From: Eukaryota sp. GEM-RC1
Taxonomy: Eukaryota
Length of the DNA: 64,000 nt
Reading direction: 5' to 3'
Assembly (NCBI GenBank): GCA_040285855.1
Contig: JAUFOQ010000004.1
Span: forward strand, 744,001 to 808,000
Shown: piece after piece, positions 1-13,466 of the stretch
How positions within the stretch are numbered: the first letter of the stretch is position 1
Layout: each line of letters starts with the position of its first letter
Made by a program: the position numbers and the translations under genes
The notes under the pieces: generated by a model
Told to the model about the DNA's origin: nothing
The model's database searches: none
Seen by the model: only the letters and a program-made list of their open reading frames with translations

Positions 1-343
1 CGTCATTATAGGCTATGCCGATTTTCCCTTGAGTTCTGTTTGTTCTTCAAGTGCATCTCAAGTGGCCGTTGCTCTACAGGACCTCAATTCCAATGGTAAG
101 CTAGATGTCACTTTCTGTGGTAGAAGTTCGGGAAGTTCTAGATTGAGATGTATAATTGGCGTTGGCTTGAAATCCTATGCTGAGCTCCAACCTCACCACA
201 ACAAAATGATTGACTCTCTTTTTGAGCGATATTATGGTCCTTTTGAATCTGATGATCTCTTCTCTGGTGACTTCCCCAAGTTTATCGACCCTCCTGGTGA
301 TCAATCAGTTTTGCAGTTGATTTACAAAAGAACAATCAACTAA
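1..343 (+). CDS. 3' part of an unidentified protein-coding gene (runs in from the window edge)
   Basis: ORF 29..343 has coding-like composition and is followed by an AT-rich 3' region with AATAAA; no recognisable motif. Confidence 0.3.
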   Translation, partial: VIIGYADFPLSSVCSSSASQVAVALQDLNSNGKLDVTFCGRSSGSSRLRCIIGVGLKSYAELQPHHNKMIDSLFERYYGPFESDDLFSGDFPKFIDPPGDQSVLQLIYKRTIN

Positions 344-460
344 TGACCAGATTCATTCAGCCTTTTCTAGATGTTGATTGGTCATAAGTAGACGCAGTTG
401 TATCATTGTACAGATGTAAAATAAAATAAATAATTCAGATTTGTATATTACAATTAAAAT

Positions 461-3400
461 TTAATCCATCTGAAGAACACCCTCAATTAAACTAATAAAA
501 TCATCAATAAAAGGATCAGATTCGACCATTAAATCATCTTCACTGATTAAATTTTTAAAACAAGCTAATAATTCAGATACGACTGACTTGAAGTCAATTC
601 CCAACTTGTCAACCAAATGATGTGACAAAGAACAACACAATATTAATGATCCTTGACAAAGACCAGGCGAACGGTGGACAATTTCCTTTAAATAGTGAGG
701 TAGAATTCTAAAAACTGAGATTGAACTGCCAGAAATAGAATTTAAAATTAGTACACAAAAGAGGTTAAATTCACGAATATTTCAGAATCACTGATTGACG
801 ATAATTCTTCAATTGAAGCAGGTAAGTGCTGTAGAGGCAAAGTTACTCTGGAAAGAGATTCAACGACAAAGGAAAATATTGTTTTGAAAAAATTAACAAT
901 ATTTGAACGAAACTGACCGTCGACACATTGAAGTGTTAGCGTACCATCGGCAATCTTTTGGAAAATGAAAATGAAATCTTGATGAATTGTTTAAATTTTG
1001 ATTTAAATTCGTCATCAAGTCCATTTCTTAAACATTTTGGTTCACATATAGTCAACAATAACTTGGTTGTTTGTTGAAGCTTCGACAACAATTCCCCAGC
1101 AAAACCTTTCTTGTTTCCATCGACAATCAACTCTCTCTCAATCACAGAAATGATTGTCATCATCACGTCAACAAGATTGGCTTGATAGTGAACTGCCGAA
1201 CTAGGCATGTGTTCACAAACCATTTGTGTGATTGAAATTATTTGATTACAAAGCTGAATAAATGGTTTGTTTTGCTCATTTACAAGGGGTACACAGCCTG
1301 TTTCTAGAATGGCACTGGTAACAGAAACAAAAACGGAAAGAACAACTGGAATGGGTTGAGTGATTGAGGTAAAGAAATCAGGGGAAATCGAATCATTGTT
1401 TGATTCAATCACTGACGAGAAAGCAGTTGACCAATCAGAAACGAGATCAATCAAATAATCATCACAGAAAGTGATAATGTCGGTTATGGCAGTTGATCGG
1501 AAGGATTCAGATTTTCCAATTACGGCGACAATCAACTGTAGATAGGAAACTACACGTGATGATAACTTTGGATCAATTGCCGTTTGTGAAGAGAGACCGG
1601 GTAGCATCGATGATACAGAATCACAGGCACGACTTTTCATAAAATTTAAAATTTTGGAAAACACTGGCGATGATATAACTTGAGAAAACTCGTCCAATGA
1701 AAGCAAACTCGAGATCAAAACAGTTAATTCTTCCTGGTCATTCTCAAGGGCATAACTTAAAGCAACATTAATTAATTCTGGTGAAGAACAACAAGAAATG
1801 TAGAGTTTCTGCAATGATGACGTCATCAGGGCTAATGAGTCACTAATGAAGTCGATCCAAGTAGAATCAGATGAAAAATTTGAAAATATTTGAATAATTA
1901 TGTGGGTGATGATGTCATAGGATGATGATTTTTTCAAAGAACTGAAATACTTTGGATTTAAAGGGGATGGGATTGAGGAAAACATAACATCAGGAGGTTT
2001 GAAATTCAAAATCTCAATCAAAATTGAAATAATTTCAAAACCGTACTTTGAAAAATAATCATCGTAACTCTGACAAAATAATTTAGAATTATTCAACAAA
2101 CTCAAAAATGACAACAAAACAGCTCTTGTAGCATCATCATTAATATTTGAATCATCAATCTTGGACAAAACATTTGGTTTAGGTAATAAAACCGATATTA
2201 ATTCAGGACGATAGTTTGTAACAAGCTCTGGTAAAAAGTAGACAAAAACTGAGGCAGATAGAGCATCAGCATTGAAAAACTGAATGATCTTACGGAAGAA
2301 CTTTGCTTTAGATAGGGTGGAACACAATACAGTTGAAAGACATTTACATAGTTCAAAGGAAGAAGCAGGAGTACCGTTAGATAAATGATCTTGTAGCATC
2401 CATCTAATTGTGAGTGTGATTTCAGAATTATTTAAATTTTTAAGGGAATCTCTGTTTTTTAAATAATAACCCAAATGAGCTTCGTACACATTTAGAGCAG
2501 CCTTTTGAACTTTCAACGATGGGTCAAAAATGGCTTTGGAAACGTCATCAAATGTAGAAAGACAAAGACTTCCGTAGAAGTCGTCTCTGAGTAGAGCTCC
2601 TACAGCAGTGATTGCAGTTTGTCTCACTTTGACAGCTGATGAATCCCTGGAAAGCTCAGAAATTCGTTTAATCCAATCAGTTTTGAGCTCTACTTCGATT
2701 GAGTCTCGAAAAGTCAACATGACGTTTACAGCACAATTAACTCCAGCAAGACGAACAACCGGAGCCTCATCAACCAAAGAATTTGAAATAATTAAAATAT
2801 TCTGCGATAATTCAGACTCGAACGTAGTCCTAGATGATGGTTTAATAACAGGAAACAAAAACGACAACAACTGTACAACTCTAGCTCTAACTAGAGAATT
2901 AGCACACCCAGAATAACGATTAATGAAAGGTTTAGCAGAGTCTACAATAAAGTTTTCATATAATTCAGAGGTAGTTTTTAAAGATCTTTTAGCTACAAAT
3001 GGACGGAATACGGCTTTACATATAGAGATTGAGTTGGGATCAGTACTGAGAATGGCACCTTTAATGATTTTTTTTAGAACATTTGAAATTTCAGAATATA
3101 TTGAGTTTTTAACTAATTCGACATCAGTACTTCGGGACAAGCTCAAAACACAACCAATTAGGAACTTTCCCAAATCAGCACCAATATTTTTATTATTCAA
3201 CAAATTTGAAAAACCTTTCCACACGTTATCAAACACCTCACGTGATCTGATTGCAATCTTTGGAAGCTCCTTGACAACAACATTCTTCTCCACGTCAGTA
3301 GCCAGTAGAAGACCCATCGAGAGCTCTGAAAGACGAGTAGCGAGGAAGGAAGAAGAAGGATCAGTAAAGTCAATAAAGTCAAGGAGATTCCTGTGCTTTA

Positions 3401-3916
3401 TGAGCTTTTGAAAGCAGAAGAGATCTTTTAAATCACGTTGAGACTTAGTCTCCCGCCGTATTCTTTTCTTTAAGACAATCCCAGTCTTAGCCTCATTGGT
3501 ACAAGACAAGACCAAGACGTAGACAAAGGAGGGAATGATCTGTTGGTGGTCAGAAGAAAAGGGGGAGTTAGGAAGAGATCGCCAATGGAGAGAACGAGGG
3601 TAGGGTCCCAGCCTTCACATTCAGGTAGTAAGGAGAAGACAAAGAAGATGAGAGAGTTGATCTGTGGAAGGGAAAACTTTGAGAGGGTGAGGGTGGATTT
3701 GATTAGGAGAAGGATTGTGTTGAGGAAGGTTCCAAAGGAGCAGTCAGGGGAAAGAGAGAGGGTATGGGGATGAGAAGATAGTGTGAGATGTACATTCTGG
3801 AAGAGTTCTGCACATTGTTCTTGAGATAGTTGATCGATGTGGGATTTCAGTGATTTTGAGGTGAAAGAAGAGAGAAAACCATAGAGATCAAGAGCAGATT
3901 CAGGCAGATCGTACAT
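461..3916 (-). CDS. NCAPG2: Condensin II subunit G2-like HEAT-repeat protein (several frameshifts)
   Basis: ORFs 3470..3916 and 936..3515. Motifs NSLVRARVVQLL..LFP, LVDEAPVVRLAGV, LSRDSSAVKVR and IFDPSLKVQKA parallel CAP-G2. Coding-like sequence continues to ...LIEGVLQMD* at 461. Confidence 0.7.
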
Positions 3917-4093
3917 AAATAGAAAACTATCTAGTTAAGGACTGAACCTAGACAAACAGAAACAGATTTTGTTAAACACTTTTCTTCTTCAAAAGATCTC
4001 TGATTAAATCCTGTGAATGTTGATATCCTCTGAATGATCTGCGAGTCCTTAGTTTCATCAATCCTGGATAAGTTATGCAGAATATTCTTCTTT

Positions 4094-4774
4094 ATGTACA
4101 CTTTGAAAGCTTCCGCTCTATGTATCATTGGGAGTTTCTTTGCTCTTACAGGCATCCTTGCTTCCGCTGCCATGTCGATCTACTTCAATGGTGAAGTTTG
4201 GGAAGGTCAAGACTATGTCTACCTCTCAGATATGGGTGGTAAATATCCGTCTTCAGTCCCTTTTGTCTGGGGTCTCAACGTAGCAGGTACAATGTTTTAC
4301 ATCTCTGTCCAATTACTAAGTAGCAAAGTCAAAGCCAGGGGAAGCCGATCCACCTGTCGACTACTGAAACTAGCTTCAATGGGATCTGCAATATTCCTGA
4401 GTCTGTTGAGTATCGTAAGTACATTTGATGACGCCAAGGTCCATGCCTACCTCACTTGGAGTTTCTTTGCTTGTTCAGCCTTGGCTTCTGTATTTTTGTT
4501 CAGCTCTAGTATGATTTTAAGACAAGCCGAGAAACCAAAGTTTCCTTTAAGGATATGTGGAATCCAGTTTCTATTGTTCTCTCTCTTTGTAGGATCTTGT
4601 GCTTCTCTTGGGTATTATAGTTTCATTCACGAGGACCGCAGGTTGTCTGTCTACTCTGAGTATTGCTGTGTTGGGTTTTTGATTGCACAGTTTGGGTATA
4701 TGTCTAGAGATTTAGAAACTGACGTTATCCACTATTATCAGGAATTTGATGAGCTGGTTACTAGCCTTCCATAA
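4094..4774 (+). CDS. Frag1/DRAM/Sfk1 (TMEM150-like) multi-pass membrane protein
   Basis: About six hydrophobic segments; YLSDMG..P, SIVS..D..VH and SEY motifs typical of the family. Confidence 0.65.
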   Translation: MYTLKASALCIIGSFFALTGILASAAMSIYFNGEVWEGQDYVYLSDMGGKYPSSVPFVWGLNVAGTMFYISVQLLSSKVKARGSRSTCRLLKLASMGSAIFLSLLSIVSTFDDAKVHAYLTWSFFACSALASVFLFSSSMILRQAEKPKFPLRICGIQFLLFSLFVGSCASLGYYSFIHEDRRLSVYSEYCCVGFLIAQFGYMSRDLETDVIHYYQEFDELVTSLP

Positions 4775-5019
4775 AAAATATTTAAAAAAGAAATTATTAA
4801 AAATTTACTCTATGTGTATCGTTTTGGTTTTGCTTCAGGGAATATCCTAGTGACTGAAATGACAAATCGGGTTCAACCAAACATAATCCTTCAATTATAG
4901 TTAGAAAGAAGGAATGATCAATCACTCCAGATGACGTGTAAGACCATTCACTGTTTAATCTCTTAATCAAATGAGTTATGAGAAGAAACAGTGAGATAAA
5001 AATTTATTAGAAGATAAAT

Positions 5020-6375
5020 CTATAACAATTCAAGAACAGAATTTTGACGAAACAAACACCCAACAAGATGGTAGTTGTCATTATCTAAAGAACTAATTTC
5101 TTTTGTACAATTAAATCCAGGGTCTGACTCTTTTGTAACAGTAATTGAACTATTCACAAGATTAATTGTGATTTCAATGATTTCATTTTGGGTTCCATTT
5201 TCCATTAGAGGATCCTAATTCCAGAAGTTATTGTAATAACTGTAAAAACAATGAGCATTTGACCCACTCCAAACATAACCACTACAATTAAACTCCTTTC
5301 TAGGAATAATTCCAATCATGATTCCATCAAAAGAAGACGAAGGAGTGCATTTCCTAGCCCTAACTTTATAGGCATTTCCTGTAAGAAGAGGAGTTTCTGA
5401 AAGAACATTGGACCAGTCTGAACCATTGTAAGTAACAGTTTTTCCTCCATTTGAAATATTTAAATTTTGATGCTTAAGACTGGAAGAAAAACTCAAAACT
5501 GAAGATTCAACAGGTTTTACACATTCAACTTGTTTTTCAACAGCTTCCTTCAATTTAAATATTTCATCATCTTTTTCCTTAATTAATTCAGTTGCTTCAA
5601 CTAATTGTTCTTTTAACGTCAAATTTTCAGAAATTATTGACTCGAAAAATATCGGACGTAATTGTTTAAAGTGGAACTTCATCAAAACTTCTTCCAAATT
5701 TGAAATATTCTCAAGATGATTTAAAAACAGCTCATCCCAGTCTTTAAAAGTCAACAGGTTAACGTCAACAAGGGTCAGAATTTATAGTTTCTGATTTAAC
5801 TGAAGCCACAAGTGACTTTAAAAACCATTTGAAAGAACTTGAAGAAGTGCAAAATTCAAGTAAACTTTGGAGAAAGATAAATGGAAAGACAAATTCAGAT
5901 TTTTGACCAATATTGTCAATTTCGGTGAGAAAATCTCCAACAAATTTTAATCCTCTCAAGTCTTCTTGTTCAACGCACTTTGTCAAGAACTTACTGCACC
6001 AGTCCCAATTGGTCATTTTTGAAGGGAGAATCTCCAAAAGAGTAGTTTTGAGATGAGGGCATTGGAAGTAAGTAGCGAGGTAGAAAACGTCATAGACGTT
6101 GGAAGAAGTGAGGTCAATGGAGTTACCAAAGAAGGAAGAGATGAAGGCGGAGAAAGACTCGGATGATACTGGCAAATGAGAGAAGTCCAGAGGGTTCTCA
6201 TAGCGATCTCCAAACTCCATAAACCAAAGAGAGAAGAAGTACTGAGAGTTGGAAGCAAGGACTGACTTAATGACAGAGAAGGACTCACCATTAAAGATAA
6301 TGGTTTGATCATGGAGACTGGAGTGTTGGACTGGAGTGTAGAGAGAGTGTTGGGTGAGGTGGATGTGAGTGTCAT
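5020..6375 (-). CDS. BTB/POZ - coiled coil - SPRY/B30.2 protein, copy 1 (frameshifted; ~20-bp deletion near 5775, possibly a pseudogene)
   Basis: HDQTIIFNGESFSVIKSVLASNSQYF BTB start; NLNISNGGKTVT..MIGII..IEITINL SPRY; near-identical to 23592-24963 and 60711-62088. Confidence 0.75.
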
Positions 6376-7022
6376 TGAAGGAGAGATTGTTTTCAATTTG
6401 ACAAACAATGTCTAGGTGTTGTTGGTTTCAGAAAAGGCATCTTTCACCAATTTCCCCTTTGATCAAACCTGCAACTAGATTCTTCAACACCTTTATTACC
6501 ATAAATAGCTACTTAATGACATATACAAAAACACACCTCATATCTGGACAAGATCTACGACAACTGAAGAAAAATTAATTGGGAGAATTCTTGTAGAACA
6601 GTTAGTATTTTTAGAAGAAATTAGTTTTCGCACAGAACATTTTTTTAATACACATGGGTAGTCTAGAAGAAGCACTCCTGCCATTTTGAAAAGAACTCGT
6701 AGGGGTCTTAACACTTATTGTGTTAAAAGTTGTGTGTAATGACGTGATTGCACACATCCTGGCACTGGGTGCTTTTTAAATTTTTACACACATGCTATGA
6801 AGCCATTTAACTCTCACCAAAAGACTGGACATACAAGTGTTCTAGTTGTACACAAACAAAATTTATTACCAATAATATACAAAAGAGGAAGGTATTAGAA
6901 ATACACTCAAAATTTTGAAAGCGTACAAATCCTATTCAAAAAAGACACCACTAGGATGAAACGTAAAACAACATTGTGAAGCAACAGAACCAAAACTACA
7001 ATGAAGACAATTAAAACCAATC

Positions 7023-8372
7023 CTACACTGGAGTCGTAAAAGGTCTCTCCACTGGTAGATTCTCAAAGACAAACACGTCACCATCCTCAGTTGCAACCAC
7101 AATAAACCGATTATCATCACCAGACTCAACGTAGAAATCACCAGGAATAGCTTGTCCCAAGGTCTTAGGTCCAAAAACAGCCGCAGTCACGTTTCCATTG
7201 ACTTCAAAAGACTCAGTTGACCTATTATGATCTGATCGACTAAATATATTCAATCTTGGATTAACTGCAGGCACGTAATTAGACTCAACTGGCCAAATAT
7301 ACACTTTCCTATTCTCAGATCCACATATAATATACCTAGCATCAGGGGAAAACGTAGCTCCAATGTGAGATGTCTTGGAAACGTGACCCAGGTACTTAAT
7401 GCCTTTCTTACAAGAGGAGTAAACAAAGGAGCGGATTCTGGAATCATTTGTGGATACCAAAATACGATTGATTTCAGGTCTGACTGTGACGCACGTGACT
7501 TTATGACCCTTTTGTTAGATCCACGTGATGAAACTGCTTGGAAGAGATGTTCTTGAATTAGAACAATTCTGGGGTGTACTTGCAGACCAAACAGATAGCA
7601 CCATGCGTAGTGAGTTCCAACAGCAAGAGTTCCCCCCATTAGAGTAGAAGAGGAAGAAGTGGAAGTAGGATGTGAGGGGGAGGGAATCCAGTCAAGAGCA
7701 GTGACCATGGCTTTGAGGTGAGTGAAAGCAATGGGTTTGGAGGGTTCAGAGTAGTCCCAGACATAGACATTCTGGTCAAGAGAACCAGTGATGGCAAAGC
7801 AAGAGTAAGTGACATCGTTTGGAGAGGTGAGGGATGGAGGGGAGGACAACGGAAGTAACAACCTCCTTGTGATCGAGAACGGCAACAGGACGAGGAGGAG
7901 CAGAAGAGGGATCATCTGGGGGGATATACCAGACTCTGGCAGTCTTATCAGCACTTCCACTGATGAGAAGGCCGTCGTGTCTCCAATGCATGGAAATTAC
8001 GGGCCTAGTGTGTCCCTGAAGAGTAACAACTGGAGTTGGAGAGAGAACATCATTAGAAGGAGGTTGTGATGATTTAGGTAATGCATTAAGGATTTGGTAG
8101 ATGTAAATGACGTTGTCTCCACCAGCGCAGGCGAGAAGAGTTGGGTTTGAAGTGTCCGGACCAAATCTGAGTGTCCAAATAGGCGTAGAAGTCACAGAGA
8201 AACGTTGTCTTTGAATTAGATTAGAAAAGTCACAGAGATTCATCCGCTGATTGGTGGATACATTAACCGGTGTTCCAGACGGGATAAATGGTCTGGGATT
8301 TTCATCTTCAACAGCATCAACAAAGTCGTCTAAATCAAGATCAGATAAGGATGAGTGACAAGAGTCATCCAT
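7023..8372 (-). CDS. WD40-repeat protein, WDR44-like (frameshifted across ORFs 7776..8435, 7250..7960, 7023..7460)
   Basis: LQGHTRPVISMHW, LISGSADKTARVW, ITGSLDQNVYVWD, STNDSRIR, ATFSPDARYIICGSENRKVYIW, VTAAVFGP. Confidence 0.75.
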
Positions 8373-8420
8373 TGCTTGGAGGGGAAATTTCAATTTTGGG
8401 CTTTGAATTTGCTGTTTATG

Positions 8421-8520
8421 AATCCGAAGATTCAATAATGCTACAGATTCACTGTAGTAAATATAGGCTATGACTATGACTATGACAAATAACTGGGTCT
8501 AACTCCTAGACCCCGCTCCA
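8421..8520 (-). ncRNA. Putative Fanzor omegaRNA (scaffold to 8441, then flank-derived guide CATTATTGAATCTTCGGATT)
   Basis: Conserved with 39421-39498 up to a sharp breakpoint; hairpins GGGTCTA-ggagt-TAGACCC and CTACAG-tgaat-CTGTAG; 5' limit unknown. Confidence 0.55.
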
Positions 8521-10020
8521 AATGATGCTCCACAATGGTCTTGATGTTGATACATGCTAACTTGTTACGATTTTAAACCTTGGCGCTACCATGACATTCT
8601 TCTCTACATTCTTGGGACTTGCATCTCAACAAAGCGTGACACTTTATCAAAGGTTTCTTCTCTCTTTTCCATGGTTTTGGATTACTGATTTCTTTGAACA
8701 CTTTAACTGCCTTCCAACAAGTCGGACACTTTGAAGACGTGTAACTCTCATCTACCAGTACAATATTGTAACCATTTCTCTTAAAGAAGTTTCTCCAACC
8801 AACACCTCCACTTGATCGGAGATGTTTTAGGTTCTGCATCTTATTACCATTGTCACCAAACATCAATACACTGTCGTTTTTATTCCATCCTTTTTCAGTC
8901 ATATTTTTCCACAACTTACTTTCTGTTTTTTGAATTTGGACGTATCTTTACATTTTTTGAATGCGCCATATCATCAAACAGTAGTAATCAAATGTTGATT
9001 CAATAACTGTAAGCTTGGAACCCACATAGTCATAGAACGTGTCATAAACGGTCGACTTTGAATTTTCTTTCGAAATTTGACTCTTCTTGTTCAGCCGTTT
9101 TTCCATCTTGGAGAATGAATTCTTTTTTCTTTCCTCTTCTGAACTTTTGATGAATCCTTGACCATCTGGACCATTCTGTCTCTGTCAATCTTAGCCACTC
9201 ATATTCTTTGTCTCTTCTTTCTCGGACTTTTTTGTTCAGGAAATGGCCTATTTACTTTCTCTGAACAAACATAGAGTAAATCTGATTTTCCAGGGTCAAT
9301 AAACACTTGTGTTTTCAATGAAAACTCTTCAATATCATAGTCTTGAACATATTCTTCTTTACTGGAGAACTTTGTACTATCTGGTTTAAATGACATTCCC
9401 ACACAGTCCTCTCTAGTTAGTTCAACACAAGCAGAGAAACCATCAGTTTTAATGGTATTGTTAAACTTATAACCTTTCTTTATAAACGAAGGATTAAAGT
9501 TGAAAAAGTAAGACCAGAATTGATTTTGTTCAGCAGGAGAATTTCAGCTTTTGTGTTCCACTCAGACATTTTTTTCTTGACGTTCACTTGTTTTGTTGAC
9601 AAAGTGGAACGTAATATTCCCCAAAGACCTTGTGTGTCTGTTTCAAAGAAGCCTAGTGTGACGTGACGAACAATCGGAATTACATTGTAAGCACTTGCTC
9701 CTTCACTTTCAAGATAGTTATCTATTTGAATCGCAGATTTCATAAAGGACTGAGGATGTTCAGGAACTGATTTTGATTTTAGTAGAGAATTAATGACTTT
9801 CTTTTTATAAACACCTTTTGAAGTTTGAATGTCAATTGACGGTGGGAGAAGTTCTGTGGTGAAGAATTTCTGCATTACATCTTTGAATAAAGTATTGTAT
9901 TTTTACAGTGGTTTTTGGAATATCATTTCTGTTACCTTCAAGAAAAACATTTTTAACTTGTCTAAGTCTCCAACGAAAAACAGATTGTTCTTTTTTTGAC
10001 ATTTTTTCTTCTTGATCAGT
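8441..10020 (-). pseudogene. Fanzor (TnpB-like RuvC nuclease), 5'-truncated decayed copy 2 of the element at 34280-39498
   Basis: Collinear with ~37830-39498: KTDGFSACVEL, VFIDPGKSDLL, LVDESYTSSKCPTC, HALLRC, NRNKLACINIK. In-frame TAA replaces the W and Q codons of copy 1. Cut at 10020 by a LINE. Confidence 0.9.
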
Positions 10021-10436
10021 TTTTTTTAAAATACACAGTTTTATTATAAATGCAATAGATCAACCAACTAAAATTTGATATCATTAAAACAACACCCGTC
10101 GCTATCAAACCTTACAACAGCGTTGTCCTCATAAATGGCACTCACTGCAAATAAAGCTTTGGAGATGATTAGGGGAACTGTTTTAAAACAGTAAAAACGA
10201 TCCGATTCAACCATAACATAAAATCAAAACGTTTGCTCATCCTATTTTTTACGATTTTTCCGAAATCGTTTAAACAATTCAATGCACTTTTTCCTAAACG
10301 TCCGTAAATTGGAAACAGCAAAAGGGCATAATTCATATTCAACATGTTTTACATGTGTTAAAGCCATCAATGGTTTCTTGTACTTATCCTGTTTAGCCTG
10401 TTCAGAAAAGTCTAAAGGAGAAGTTTCAGACGAAGC

Positions 10437-11967
10437 TAGGGATGCGAAAAAATATATTGTTATTGTATTTATTGCAATAAATATTCACAATAAATTTATT
10501 GTTGGTCAAAACAATAACAATATATTTATTGTGAGTCCCAGCAATAAATAATAATATTGCAATAATATTGTTTATTGTGGCAATAATTTTCATCACTAAA
10601 ATCATCCATCTGTTAAAAAAAATAGAGAGAATTTATTCGGCACCCAATAAGGTAACCTTCCTACAAACTATGAAATTGTAAAAACAAACAAATAATACTA
10701 AGATTAAATCCAAACGACTTCATCACCACCCGGTAAAAGATTACGTTTATCAACATTAACCTTCACACCAAACTTGTACAATTTCTCAATTAATCTAGAG
10801 AAATAGAAAGGCATATTCCGATATATGGAAAACACAATACGGTTTTTCCATTCAGCCATTCTAAACTTACGCTTCTTTTCTTTACACAATTCTTCAAAAT
10901 CCTTGAAAAATTGATCACCAGCAGGACTAATTGATCCAAAAGAGAAACATCAAAAGGTTGAAACACAAATTTGGAATATGAGTTTCTATTTAATTCTTCT
11001 ACTTGAGAGTCATACTTGGAGTGTTTGAGCTTTTCAGCAGCTGTTAACGGGTTAAAAGAAGAATCTAATATCCTACTAACACAAGATTTGTTACATACAT
11101 CTACTGTAGTAAAATCCATTAATGATTGACTCGATTTAAGCCACGGAGTATGTAGATCCCCTCTTTTTGATTCCATCTGTTTGATGTTACATGCAATTTT
11201 GCTTCCATTTGGGAGTAAGAAGATGTGTTGTGGGAGAAGTAGTCCTCTGAAGAGCTTTCACTTCAGGAAAAACAACCTAGACAAAAGAGTATAATATTTG
11301 TTTAAGTCAAATTGAAGACTGTTTGGCTTTTAAACTGCCGTAGTTCAACAAAGTCTAAACGGCAATCAAGAACTGATGACCGTAAGAGTGGGAAACATTC
11401 AGAAGAACTTTTTGCGTGGGACATACCAAGCAAGTCGAACGACTATTTAGTCGTGCTAACGTGACTACTGAAACCCTTCGCAAAAGACTATATACATCAA
11501 GTCTGGAAAAACAACTTTTTTTGAAAAAAAACGGATTTATGTGCGGAGAAAAACACATAATAAGAAAACAATAAATAAATGAACACTATTAAAACAAATT
11601 ATCAAACGAACTACCTAATTTCGAAAGGTACTAGTAGTTGCCTCCAAACAACTTGGACAAAATGGAATCAACATATCTTTTATTGATGTATAACTCTCAT
11701 CTATGGTGAAGATACTGTTCGCAAAAGTCGTAATACTAACCCTTGACTTGGTTGTTGGACAGTGAAGGAGATTTTACGGATGATGGCGAATAGACCACAA
11801 CAAAAAGGAGTCAACGGATTGCGTAGAAATATTGCCAATATATTTATTTATTTATTTGCAAACTTGACAATACCAATATTTTTATTGTTGGCCACAACAA
11901 TAACAATACATTTATTATCGTCGTGAACAATAATTTATTTAAATAAATATATTTTTTCGCATCCCTG
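10437..11967. mobile_element. Non-autonomous hAT-type TIR element
   Basis: TIR (T/C)AGGGATGCGAAAAAATATATT at both ends; 8-bp TSD GACGAAGC at 10429-10436 and 11968-11975. Confidence 0.9.
10631..11180 (-). mobile_element. 5'-truncated CRE-like LINE, family B, nested in the hAT element
   Basis: RGDL..DFTTVDVC..AAEKLKHSKY..FQPF..EWKNRIVFSIY; near-identical copy at 43211-43690. Confidence 0.75.
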
Positions 11968-12732
11968 GACGAAGCGTTCTTTAAAGATGTCTTTTTACAA
12001 ACATCCACTGACACTACATCAACAACAAACAATTTGTCTGAAGAAGAAGGGACAACAACATCTGCTCTCCGTTGACAACTATTAATTGGGTCTAAAGATC
12101 TTCGAAGTGGTTCAACAAATGATTCAATTTTATAAGACTTACAAATAGAATATATTTACCTGTTTATATCATTTTCATTGTTAATTCCAGTGATCGTCAA
12201 AATATAGAACTTTTAGGCAACTTTTTAGACAACTCCGTAACTAGGAGTTGGATACTACTCCGTATCTTTATTTCCAAAGATAATCTAATATGAGCAAGAT
12301 GTGAAAGATATGATGTTGACGACGCTGCTAAGACGGGGATGTCAGGGGTATCAAAGGAAATATATCCGGTATATGTGAAGTCAAGAAAGAAGGTAATACA
12401 ACTTCAAGTTGATGATCAAAAGATGTTATCAGAATGAACGCCAGCAATACGACAGTTTATTACCAAAGAGAACTACTGATAGATGCGACAGACAATGTGT
12501 CATATGGGAAAAAGGGAGGAAAATGTCGGACCGTGAAAAGTGCACACTATATAGTTTTACGCTATCAGTTTTTTGCTTTAATGATATTGAGTTCTAGTAC
12601 ATGTATTTGTGTTTACTTTAGTGTTTTTGTTCCATAAAAATGAAGCTATACAGTCATGGTCAAACCTCTATAATTTCTCCCTCCATAACTGCTCAGTCCC
12701 AAACATCTTGAACTTTGACATCACTTGTGAAC

Positions 12733-13466
12733 CAGCAACGACAAACAATATATTGTATTGTTACAATACAATATATTGTGATATTATTATTGTATTGTAT
12801 TGTGTTTTTGCAACAATATATTTATTGTTCGAATCCACAATAAACAATATATTGTACAATAACACAATACAATATTTGTCATTTTGTGCAACTGTATCAA
12901 GAATCACATATCTGCCAACATCACTGTTCTTCACATTACAACCAAACCATTGGAAGATATGCCACTCCCAATGGTTCATTAGGAATCCTTTGATGAACGA
13001 ACACCTTGTATATATTACCCAAAATTCTGATGGTATGTCTTTTGAGCAACTTTTAAAGGAAATTAACAGAGCTCAGGCTCTTAGCAACCAGACAGCACAA
13101 ATGATCTATTATTCACACCCTCATCCAGTTAAGACATTGACAACTTTTTCAGTAGAGCATAGAACACTCTCACTGATCATCCGAACCAAAATTTATGTCG
13201 CAAAATCAATTTTGCATTTACTACTACCAGAAATCAGCATACAGTGTGCTGTGTTCGAACTCGAGCAGCAGAAAGTGAAGTTGTACGTGTAAAAGCAATT
13301 ACTCAGATTGATGATAGCTTTCAATAAAGCAGAAATATTGTATTGTTATTTATTGTTTTTTCTCACAATATACCTACAATACAATACAATATTTGATTGG
13401 ACAATATATTTATTGTTCGATCAAACAATAAACAATACAATAAATATATATTTTTTGTCGTTGCTG
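12733..13466. mobile_element. hAT-type MITE
   Basis: TIR CAGCAACGACAAA; 8-bp TSD TTGTGAAC at 12725-12732 and 13467-13474; ACAATA subterminal repeats. Confidence 0.9.

Larger units (their letters stand above)
10021..12150 (-). mobile_element. 5'-truncated CRE-like (RLE) non-LTR retrotransposon, family A, split by a hAT MITE
   Basis: Near-identical to 14230-14759 in reverse: RADVVVP..VVDVVSVDVC..KY..LCPFA; A-rich tail at 10021. Confidence 0.8.

Noticed and set aside
6013..6408. Ser/Leu-rich ORFs (also 24603..24902 and 61726..62088)
   Set aside because: Alternative frame of the BTB genes; only the first ~18 codons from the ATG are the real N-terminus
12609..13292. 227-aa ORF
   Set aside because: Spans a LINE tip and MITE termini made of ACAATA repeats; low-complexity translation
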